Shown piece after piece: positions 9,643-16,514 of a stretch of 64,000 bases of DNA. The position numbers and the translations under genes were made by a program. The stretch comes from a virus. The stretch covers positions 1-64,000 of IMG/VR virus record IMGVR_UViG_3300032087_003621; one strand, written 5' to 3'. The notes under the pieces are model-generated. The model searched no databases. It saw only the letters and a program-made list of their open reading frames with translations, and was not told the DNA's origin. How positions within the stretch are numbered: the stretch's first letter is position 1; each line of letters starts with the position of its first letter.

Positions 9643-10020
9643 ATGAAAAAGATCATGTTGTTGTTGACGTTACTAAGTGGGCAAGCCTCGCTTGCCCACG
9701 ACTTTACTCCGACGTACCCGAAGTTGGAAACAACTCATATTACGGGTGCGTTGAAGGCAAGTATGAAACTATTCAATAAGCGTGATGACATTAGGTATTA
9801 TAGGGTAAACGTTTATGACAGTGAGTGGAACAAGATTCCGTTTATTGTCCAAGGCGGGAAAGTTATTAATGTAGAGTATCTTGATACAAAGAGATTTGAT
9901 GTCTATATTCAGGAGAAGAACAGAGATAGAGTAACTTATATTTGCACTAAGTCTCTGACACTCCAAGACGGATCTACGAAATCAATTATGGCTTCGAGGA
10001 TTTGCTCGAAAGTGAAATGA
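9643..10020 (+). CDS. Single-domain fimbrial chaperone-like (PapD_N-like) secreted protein
   Basis: Signal peptide. P...MKLFNKRDDIRYYRVNVY...PFIV...INVEYLDTKRFDVYI parallels the PapD N-domain pattern. Terminal Cys pair. Confidence 0.5.
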   Translation: MKKIMLLLTLLSGQASLAHDFTPTYPKLETTHITGALKASMKLFNKRDDIRYYRVNVYDSEWNKIPFIVQGGKVINVEYLDTKRFDVYIQEKNRDRVTYICTKSLTLQDGSTKSIMASRICSKVK

Positions 10021-10469
10021 AACTTATGAGAATATTGTTATTTGTGTTGTTGTTGTTTGTATGTGACCGAGTGTATGCGGAGTCAAGTTCTTTGAACTTG
10101 GCATTACCGTCATCGCCGGGTTCATATGCATCAGACAGAGTAAGAGCGGGTAACTTAGAGTGCTCTAACGCTATCGGTGGTGCTACGGCACTAGAGTTTG
10201 GCGTTGTGGGTATTCTAAACCAAAATGGTCCGTACAATAATAGGTTCGGAAGTTCCTATACCATGCCGGACTATTACGACTCGAACGAACTTGTCAAAGA
10301 CGTTGGCGTCTATGCGAAGATTACGATTCCGCTAGACAAACCTAAAGAACGTCTTAACTGTAACACTCTCTATAAGCTGGAACTCGAAAGAAGAAGACTA
10401 GAGATACAAAGATTACAAGCAGAGGTCGCGCAGCTGCGTAATTTGCAGTTTGCTGACGATGAGGAGTAA
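10017..10469 (+). CDS. Secreted beta-hairpin/coiled-coil protein, candidate oligomeric outer-membrane pore
   Basis: Signal peptide. Strands ATALEFGVVG and DVGVYAKITIPL are bracketed by a Cys pair, followed by a C-terminal coiled coil. ATGA coupling to the upstream gene. Confidence 0.55.
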   Translation: MKLMRILLFVLLLFVCDRVYAESSSLNLALPSSPGSYASDRVRAGNLECSNAIGGATALEFGVVGILNQNGPYNNRFGSSYTMPDYYDSNELVKDVGVYAKITIPLDKPKERLNCNTLYKLELERRRLEIQRLQAEVAQLRNLQFADDEE

Positions 10470-10471
10470 AC

Positions 10472-10930
10472 ATGGCTGAAGTAGAATTTGCAGGAATGAC
10501 CTTCAAAGGTGGGAAGATGATGATTCTTCTCACAGCATTATCCACTGCGGGTGGTGCGCTTTGGGGTGGTTTCGAATTCTATAAGGACTACATGGACATG
10601 AAGGAGATAATCCAGAATATCGATGTGGGAGAGATAGAAGCACGAAACAATGTCATCGAAACAAAACTAGATGAAGCGATTGATTACTCAAGAAGCATTA
10701 AGAACGATCTGAGAGATGACTTCAATCGGATGGAGAAGAATGTGGACAGAATCGAAGACCAGAATCGGGAAATGGAAGATAAAGTCAAAGATATGATTGA
10801 CAAGGCGACTGAACGTTTTGACAATCGTAGGGAGAGTTTACAGACAGATACAGAACTGAAAATCAAAGCGGTTGAAGATCGCTTGAATAGTAAGATTCAA
10901 ACTGCACTGGACAACCCTCTCGCTGACTAG
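10472..10930 (+). CDS. Inner-membrane-anchored coiled-coil protein
   Basis: N-terminal TM (ILLTALSTAGGALWGGF) followed by long heptad repeats. Confidence 0.6.
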   Translation: MAEVEFAGMTFKGGKMMILLTALSTAGGALWGGFEFYKDYMDMKEIIQNIDVGEIEARNNVIETKLDEAIDYSRSIKNDLRDDFNRMEKNVDRIEDQNREMEDKVKDMIDKATERFDNRRESLQTDTELKIKAVEDRLNSKIQTALDNPLAD

Positions 10931-10948
10931 GATAGGGAGTACAGACTC

Positions 10949-11155
10949 ATGCGTGTTAAAGTAACGTTTGTTAATGGAAACACGATATATGGAAGATTGA
11001 CGGGTGAAGAAACTCACACGCTCAAATCTGAGGATGTCATTCCTTGGATTATGAACGATGATAGAATGTTCATACCTTTCATTCAACCAAGCGGTGCTGA
11101 GGTTCATTTGAACAAATCAAATATCGCTTATATCGTGTTAGATGAGGAGGAGTAA
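10949..11155 (+). CDS. DUF6812-like small protein (paralog of 12059..12256)
   Basis: V.VTFVNG..IYG...MNDDRMFIPF...HLNKSNI pattern. Confidence 0.55.
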   Translation: MRVKVTFVNGNTIYGRLTGEETHTLKSEDVIPWIMNDDRMFIPFIQPSGAEVHLNKSNIAYIVLDEEE

Positions 11156-11266
11156 ATGGGCTGCAGGGTTTTTGAAACCCGCGAAGTCCGATACAGTCAC
11201 CAGTTCCTTCTTATGTGCAGTATTGGACTGAACATAGGGTTGGTGTTGGGGTTTGTAGTATTCTGA
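11156..11266 (+). CDS. 36-aa membrane peptide (not in ORF track)
   Basis: GAGGAGGAG RBS. MGCRVFETREVRYSHQFLLMCSIGLNIGLVLGFVVF. Confidence 0.5.
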   Translation: MGCRVFETREVRYSHQFLLMCSIGLNIGLVLGFVVF

Positions 11267-11275
11267 CTCAGCGGG

Positions 11276-11302
11276 AGGGCACCTACGGGTGCCCTTTTTT
11301 TT
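11276..11302 (+). terminator. Rho-independent terminator
   Basis: AGGGCACC-TACG-GGTGCCCT followed by a T-run, between convergent genes. Confidence 0.85.
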
Positions 11303-11570
11303 ATACGTCCCGCTGTTCGGGTTGGCATTGCTTGAGAGTCTTAGCATACTCAGGATCATACTCCATCCAAACTTCACATTCTAATTTGTAATCAATACCA
11401 CCGTCTAGTGATTCAAGGTATCGCTTACGCTTGAGAGAGTTAAAGGGTTTCATGCGATACTCGCAGAACGATTCTCCGCGTTCCCAACAATCATCGATTT
11501 TGTTTTTGACTAACGCGTCCGCAACAATACCACCTGGAACTAAAAGCAAAAACACAAGTACTGCTTCCAT
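11301..11570 (-). CDS. Hypothetical membrane-anchored/secreted Cys-rich protein
   Basis: Fills a gap between + strand genes. Hydrophobic N-terminus and 4 Cys. Converges on the terminator. Confidence 0.5.
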   Translation of the reverse strand: MEAVLVFLLLVPGGIVADALVKNKIDDCWERGESFCEYRMKPFNSLKRKRYLESLDGGIDYKLECEVWMEYDPEYAKTLKQCQPEQRDV

Positions 11571-11644
11571 AGTTAAGACTCAGTTAAGGTTCGTCGTTAC
11601 TTATTAAAGAAACCGTTATTTTTTATTTAAGTTCGCTAAAACTT

Positions 11645-11663
11645 AATGAGAATTAATCTCATC
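11645..11663. promoter_or_regulatory. Fur-box-like inverted repeat
   Basis: AATGAGAAT-T-AATCTCATC, close to the TGA(T/G)AAT-N-ATT(A/C)TCA 7-1-7 consensus, 45 bp before the OMP gene. Confidence 0.45.
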
Positions 11664-11708
11664 TTTTCTATATAAAAAGGAATTTTAATAAATTTAAGGA
11701 ATCTTAAT

Positions 11709-12047
11709 ATGAGATACTTAATCATAGTAATTGGCGTCTTGTGTTTATTAGCTACTTGTTCAGTCAAAGCAAGTCCCTATATAGAAATCAAATCAGAACA
11801 TGTCTTCAAAGACTTTGCTTCTACTGACGCAGTACACCACACTCGTTTCGGTTATGAGAAAAAATCACTCACTGGCAACAAGATTTACTTTGAAGGTGGA
11901 CACATGACAGGTGGTTCGTCTTGGGAAGCAGGATATAAGACTCGTTTGTCTGACACGCTTATTGTCAAGGGTAAACTCGAAGGCAAACGTGAACGAGGTA
12001 AAGAAGCAAAGACTAAACTCGAAACTGAGATTCGATTTACTTGGTGA
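11709..12047 (+). CDS. Small outer-membrane beta-barrel protein
   Basis: Signal peptide, alternating amphipathic strands (RFGYE, IYFEGG, WEAGYK) and a C-terminal beta-signal ETEIRFTW. Confidence 0.65.
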   Translation: MRYLIIVIGVLCLLATCSVKASPYIEIKSEHVFKDFASTDAVHHTRFGYEKKSLTGNKIYFEGGHMTGGSSWEAGYKTRLSDTLIVKGKLEGKRERGKEAKTKLETEIRFTW

Positions 12048-12058
12048 CTATATAAAGT

Positions 12059-12256
12059 ATGGAAACCTTTAGAATAGTGAAAGTTATAGTATCGTTATCG
12101 GACGGGACTCGTTGGCTTGATTGTGAAATCTATTTACCAACGGGTTCACGTTTGTCTGATGTCATGAATGATGAAAGAAAATTCTTGCCTATTAAAAGAG
12201 AAGGTAAAGAAATTGTAGTGCATAAAGATAAAGTAGTATTTTTAACTGAATCTTAA
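12059..12256 (+). CDS. DUF6812-like small protein
   Basis: LSDG...IYLPTGSRLSDVMNDERKFLPI...VVHKDKV. Confidence 0.6.
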   Translation: METFRIVKVIVSLSDGTRWLDCEIYLPTGSRLSDVMNDERKFLPIKREGKEIVVHKDKVVFLTES

Positions 12257-12258
12257 AA

Positions 12259-12266
12259 TATAAATA
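12259..12266 (+). promoter_or_regulatory. T4-type late promoter
   Basis: Exact TATAAATA. Confidence 0.8.
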
Positions 12267-12293
12267 CTCCTAGAATTCATCTGGGAGTTTTAC

Positions 12294-12650
12294 ATGGAAA
12301 CCTTATCCGCTATGTTCGGTGATACGCTGTGGATATACACAGCTATCGCCGGTTCTGTTTTTGGCGCTGCGTTTTTGGCGTGGTTCAAAGACACTCATAT
12401 GGCACTCTGGTGTTATGCTAAATTCGACCTTTTCTTAGATTCACTCGTCGATAAATTTGGATGGGAATGGTTGCAGGATGACCCCACAGCGTGGCGAAAG
12501 AAATATCCTAAAGTCACCAAAAAAATTGATGAACTTGAATCTCGTATTGCACAGTTAGAAAAACACAGTCACCCGTGTAAAGAACTACACGAGTTTGACG
12601 TGTGGCCCGAACTTGATGCAAGAATCAAAAAACTGGAGAAAAAGAAATGA
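12294..12650 (+). CDS. Membrane protein with coiled coil
   Basis: N-terminal TM. GGAG RBS. Confidence 0.6.
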   Translation: METLSAMFGDTLWIYTAIAGSVFGAAFLAWFKDTHMALWCYAKFDLFLDSLVDKFGWEWLQDDPTAWRKKYPKVTKKIDELESRIAQLEKHSHPCKELHEFDVWPELDARIKKLEKKK

Positions 12651-13420
12651 TTAGTAAACTATCACATAAAGAAAGAAGTGTACTATTTGCAAATCTGAGC
12701 AGTATCGCATACCTTGATGAAAAAGAAGCGAAGAAAGCTGTTAAAGCATATGGTTTCACTCAAGTAGAGTTTTATAATCGAGATGGTGCTCAAGCATATC
12801 GTTTTCAAAACAAAAATGACATGGTAATTGCATGTCGTGGAACTCAACCCACAGAATTTAATGATATCAAAGCAGACCTAAGAGCAATTCCAGTTTTATC
12901 CGAGACGGTCAGTAGAGTGCACAAGGGATTCAAGGGTGAAGTTGATGAACTATGGCCTATGATTCTAGAAGACTTAAGTCCTAAAGCTGTTGGTAAGAGA
13001 AAGGTGTGGGTAACAGGTCACAGTCTTGGTGCTGCAATGGCGACAATCGTCGCTGCACGATGTTCTCTTGACAAGGAAAAGATTCCTGACGTTGAAGTGG
13101 AAGAACTATACACCTATGGTTCCCCACGTGTTGGTTGGAATAAGTATTGTAAAAGTTTACCTGTAACACATTATCGTTGGAGAAACAATAATGATATTGT
13201 GACCACTGTTCCTCCAGTCTTTATGGGTTATAAACATCACGGCGAATCTCGTTACATTAACGCACATGGTTTGGTCAGAAATTTGTCTGGTTGGCAATTG
13301 GTCAAAGATAAGTTGCGTGGTATGTGGATGGGTATTAAAAGTGGGCGTATAGATAATTTCAGTGACCATAGTATTCACGAATACATTCATCATTTAGAAC
13401 GATGGTGTAAAGAAGATTAA
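12647..13420 (+). CDS. Class 3 lipase (alpha/beta hydrolase)
   Basis: IACRGT, VHKGF, VTGHSLGAA nucleophile elbow, YTYGSPRVG, NNNDIV, DHSI. Confidence 0.9.
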   Translation: MISKLSHKERSVLFANLSSIAYLDEKEAKKAVKAYGFTQVEFYNRDGAQAYRFQNKNDMVIACRGTQPTEFNDIKADLRAIPVLSETVSRVHKGFKGEVDELWPMILEDLSPKAVGKRKVWVTGHSLGAAMATIVAARCSLDKEKIPDVEVEELYTYGSPRVGWNKYCKSLPVTHYRWRNNNDIVTTVPPVFMGYKHHGESRYINAHGLVRNLSGWQLVKDKLRGMWMGIKSGRIDNFSDHSIHEYIHHLERWCKED

Positions 13421-13830
13421 TGGCATATAGTGATAAAGTAATGGACCACTACGAAAACCCTCGTAACGTTGGTCGTTTTGACGAAGACGATGAAGATATC
13501 GGCACAGGTATGGTGGGAGCGCCTGCCTGTGGCGATGTAATGAGATTACAGATAAAGGTGAATGATGATGGAATTATCGAAGATGCTCGGTTTAAAACCT
13601 ACGGATGCGGAAGTGCTATCGCTTCTTCCTCCCTCCTTACCGAATGGGTTAAAGGTCGCAGTCTTGATGAAGCTGGGAATATTAAAAACACCGACATCGC
13701 AGAAGAACTCACACTCCCCCCAGTCAAAATCCACTGTAGTGTACTTGCCGAAGATGCGATAAAAGCAGCGATTAATGATTATAGGATGAAACATGAAGAC
13801 ACAACCAAACTCAAACAAAGCACAGAATAA
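13420..13830 (+). CDS. iscU: Fe-S cluster scaffold IscU
   Basis: MAYSDKVMDHYENPRNVG, GAPACGDVM, FKTYGCGSAIAS, LPPVKIHCS. Confidence 0.95.
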   Translation: MAYSDKVMDHYENPRNVGRFDEDDEDIGTGMVGAPACGDVMRLQIKVNDDGIIEDARFKTYGCGSAIASSSLLTEWVKGRSLDEAGNIKNTDIAEELTLPPVKIHCSVLAEDAIKAAINDYRMKHEDTTKLKQSTE

Positions 13831-14221
13831 ACTTTGGGGTGAAATTACGGGTTCGTTGCTCAAGGCACTTCCCAATCCAAGTAAAGGGTATGAACAAAGA
13901 ATTTCTATTCCAGAATTTACTTTTCTGGGAGTCAAAGGTCAACCAGATTTTGGGAACATCACCATTTGGTTTTATGGCGACAAAAAGACCATTGAACTCA
14001 AATCGTTAAAAGAATACATCTATCAGTATCGTGATATCATTGTAAGTTATGAACGATGTATTGATGTAATGTATCAACAACTTTATGCGATGTACACACC
14101 AGAACGATTGCGTATAGAGATTGAGTTTGCTCCGAGAGGAGGAATAAGTAGTAAGATGACCGCTGATTCTGATTGGGGTCATCTGGGCGGTTCCGATAAA
14201 CTTTGGCAGCATCATAAATGA
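13793..14221 (+). CDS. QueF-like T-fold protein lacking the catalytic Cys
   Basis: PEFT..., GQPDF, the QueF motif ELKSLKEY and PRGGIS are present. The usual SLCP is replaced by FLGV. Confidence 0.75.
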   Translation: MKTQPNSNKAQNKLWGEITGSLLKALPNPSKGYEQRISIPEFTFLGVKGQPDFGNITIWFYGDKKTIELKSLKEYIYQYRDIIVSYERCIDVMYQQLYAMYTPERLRIEIEFAPRGGISSKMTADSDWGHLGGSDKLWQHHK

Positions 14222-14589
14222 AACTATTCGAAACACTGAGTGAAGATGTATTTCCTATCTTTGCTGCTAGGCATTATTATAACCCCACTTGCATCGATGC
14301 AGATGAATTCCACGAAGACTTAAAACGTTTTAAATACGTTAAAAGATTAATCAACCGTTATGTTGAAGGTGGTAAGTTATCTGAACGACTGATTCTCAAT
14401 CATTTAATTGTCATATTCAATGTTTTCAGTGTTCCTGCTGGATTAAAGATGCTTGAGTACAAAATGGATATTAATCGGCACTGGCCTGTAATAAAACCAT
14501 TTTTAATATTTCTGAAAGTAATTGAAAATGATAAATACATAGGTGTCCGTATGGACGAGAATGTTGTTGAATCATTAAGGAACATATAG
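14218..14589 (+). CDS. Conserved T4-like phage hypothetical protein
   Basis: HYYNPTC...EFHEDLKRFKYVKRL...ERLILNH motif. Confidence 0.7.
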   Translation: MKLFETLSEDVFPIFAARHYYNPTCIDADEFHEDLKRFKYVKRLINRYVEGGKLSERLILNHLIVIFNVFSVPAGLKMLEYKMDINRHWPVIKPFLIFLKVIENDKYIGVRMDENVVESLRNI

Positions 14590-15176
14590 TGTCATTACTC
14601 ACAAAAGCAGGTGACTTGGTTTACACTTTTCGTTTTTTAAAACTACTGGTTACGAAGTGGGAAGATACTGACGCCTTTAAATTGGGTCTTATTGATGCGA
14701 AAGGTAAACGTATCAAATCAAAGGGACTAAACACTTCAGAAGAACGTGGCGCATACACAACCTTTCATCGATTAGTCTACAACATCAAACGATTATTAGA
14801 AAAGATTCCAGGCGGGTCATCTAGAATAGGTACTTACGCGGCTGCACTTTTTTTACTTAAAGAACATTTTGGTGTATCTGATAAAAATTTAGAAAAAATT
14901 ACCAAAGAAAGTGGCATTGATATTTTAGATATGTTGGAAGAACAACATGGATGGTATCTTTTAAATGATAATCAGATTTCACCAGGCATTTATCGAGTCA
15001 AGAACGAAAAATTAATTTCTGAAACCTTAGATGACATTGTAATTGCGAAAGATAAAGTAAAAGTTGAGGATAACTGTTTTCCAGTTGGGGACGTTTTTGG
15101 TATCAATGTTTATCAGGGAATTCACATCAACACCGGACAAAAAATTCATTTTACCTTGGGAGAAATCTACAAGTGA
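14589..15176 (+). CDS. Conserved T4-like phage hypothetical protein
   Basis: DLVYTFRFLKLL...AFKLGLID..G...YTTFHRLVYNIKRLL motif. Confidence 0.7.
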   Translation: MSLLTKAGDLVYTFRFLKLLVTKWEDTDAFKLGLIDAKGKRIKSKGLNTSEERGAYTTFHRLVYNIKRLLEKIPGGSSRIGTYAAALFLLKEHFGVSDKNLEKITKESGIDILDMLEEQHGWYLLNDNQISPGIYRVKNEKLISETLDDIVIAKDKVKVEDNCFPVGDVFGINVYQGIHINTGQKIHFTLGEIYK

Positions 15177-15337
15177 AGACATTTAAACAATTCACAGAAA
15201 CAATGACAACAAGTTCTGGTATTGCTGGACTTCCACCTGATGACCCACCCGGCCCTCGAAAGAAGAAGAAAAAATATAAAGTATTAACTCGTGGATATAT
15301 AGAAGTAGCAGGGAAAAGAAAAAGAGTTGTAAAATAA
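15173..15337 (+). CDS. 54-aa basic protein with capsid-targeting-like N-terminus (not in ORF track)
   Basis: GTG start after GGAG. MKTFKQFTE...IAGLPPDDPP...KKKKK. Confidence 0.6.
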   Translation: MKTFKQFTETMTTSSGIAGLPPDDPPGPRKKKKKYKVLTRGYIEVAGKRKRVVK

Positions 15338-15795
15338 TGCCATACATCATATTATTATTTGTTATTGTTCTTGGTGGAGGATTTGCTTATCACCAAGTGA
15401 CTGTTTCTAATCTAGAGGCAGCGAAAGCACAACTAGAGGCAAACAACCGCACCTTGAAAGAGAATCAGGTGCAGATGGAAAAAGCAGTGGAAACTGCACA
15501 AGCGTCACTTGCTGCAGCGGAAGCAAATGCAAAGAAATCAGAGGCGGCAATGTCTGCACTCACCGCAAGGAATAATGAGTTACAGCGAGAGAAAGATAAT
15601 GCTATGAAGATCTTTAAAGATCACAACTTAACGAGACTTGCTCGTGCGAAGCCAGGGATGATTGAAAAACGCATGAACGCTAAAACAGAACAAGTCTTTC
15701 GAGACCTAGAAAATGATACGAAAGAACTTATGGATGCTGATGATACTCCTGACCCTACAGGGGTGTCAGATGCTGAAGGCAGTGGGACCAGTTAA
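15337..15795 (+). CDS. Putative i-spanin (Rz-like)
   Basis: N-terminal TM plus long Ala-rich coiled coil, followed by lipoprotein genes. Confidence 0.65.
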   Translation: MPYIILLFVIVLGGGFAYHQVTVSNLEAAKAQLEANNRTLKENQVQMEKAVETAQASLAAAEANAKKSEAAMSALTARNNELQREKDNAMKIFKDHNLTRLARAKPGMIEKRMNAKTEQVFRDLENDTKELMDADDTPDPTGVSDAEGSGTS

Positions 15796-15898
15796 ATATA
15801 ATTCACCATGCGGAAGACAAGTCATGGTATGTGAACAGTGGGGAAGTAAAAAATTATGTACATGTGTAAACCGATCATCTATCTCTCGCTCGCTTTAA
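15713..15898 (+). CDS. Possible overlapping Cys-rich lipoprotein
   Basis: Basic N-terminus, hydrophobic core and LQGC lipobox. Overlaps both neighbours. Confidence 0.4.
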   Translation: MIRKNLWMLMILLTLQGCQMLKAVGPVKYNSPCGRQVMVCEQWGSKKLCTCVNRSSISRSL

Positions 15899-16308
15899 CA
15901 GCGGGATGTTCTTGGATGCCTCGCCTTGAGTGGGGACCAGAACCAGAAATTATTCCACCAGAACCCCAAATTATAACAGTGACGGAGAAGGTTCCTCTGC
16001 GAATCTATCAACCGCCGTTACCACAGGAGATTGACCTTCTTAACGTAAACTTCTTCGTCATCACTGAAGAGAACTATGAAGAGAAGAAGAAAGAAGTTGA
16101 GAAGATTCTTGACGGCAATTTCGTGGTGTTTGCTTTGACACCCGATGGCTATGAGAAAATGGCAGAGAACTTCCAAGAAGTTCGCCGTTATGTGAGGCAA
16201 CAGAAAGAACTCATCATTTACTATCGTGAAGCGACAACCGAATCAGAAGGTACTACTGCCGAAGATTGGTTAGAAAACAATGAGCCAAACAGTCAAACTT
16301 CTAATTGA
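15856..16308 (+). CDS. Putative o-spanin (Rz1-like lipoprotein)
   Basis: LTAGC lipobox, Pro-rich segment, ALTPDGYEKMAEN..EVRRYVRQQKELIIYY. Confidence 0.7.
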   Translation: MYMCKPIIYLSLALTAGCSWMPRLEWGPEPEIIPPEPQIITVTEKVPLRIYQPPLPQEIDLLNVNFFVITEENYEEKKKEVEKILDGNFVVFALTPDGYEKMAENFQEVRRYVRQQKELIIYYREATTESEGTTAEDWLENNEPNSQTSN

Positions 16309-16432
16309 TTTCATCGGTGAAGTTTTAAGTTTCATCATTGATTTCGCTCAAGCAAATCCCGACATAACATGGTTGACAGTTGTTGCAGTCTGTGCGGGTT
16401 TGATTAAAATTATGATAGAATTAATTGATTGA
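16280..16432 (+). CDS. 50-aa membrane protein (not in ORF track)
   Basis: MSQTVKLLIDFIGEVLSFIIDFAQANPDITWLTVVAVCAGLIKIMIELID. Confidence 0.4.
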   Translation: MSQTVKLLIDFIGEVLSFIIDFAQANPDITWLTVVAVCAGLIKIMIELID

Positions 16433-16514
16433 CTGGTTGTCAAACAACGAATAATACTATATAATATTTCCACCGATAACAATAACCCCTTGACGAATGA
16501 GGAGGCGCATTCTT

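Noticed and set aside
11156-11270. Structured ncRNA before the terminator
   Set aside because: Hairpins can be drawn, but the region is a 36-codon ORF with a strong RBS and a TM segment, so coding is the simpler explanation.
16455-16470. NrdR box upstream of nrdJ
   Set aside because: Only a partial match in AT-rich DNA and a single copy. It is better explained by the recurring CTATATAA motif.
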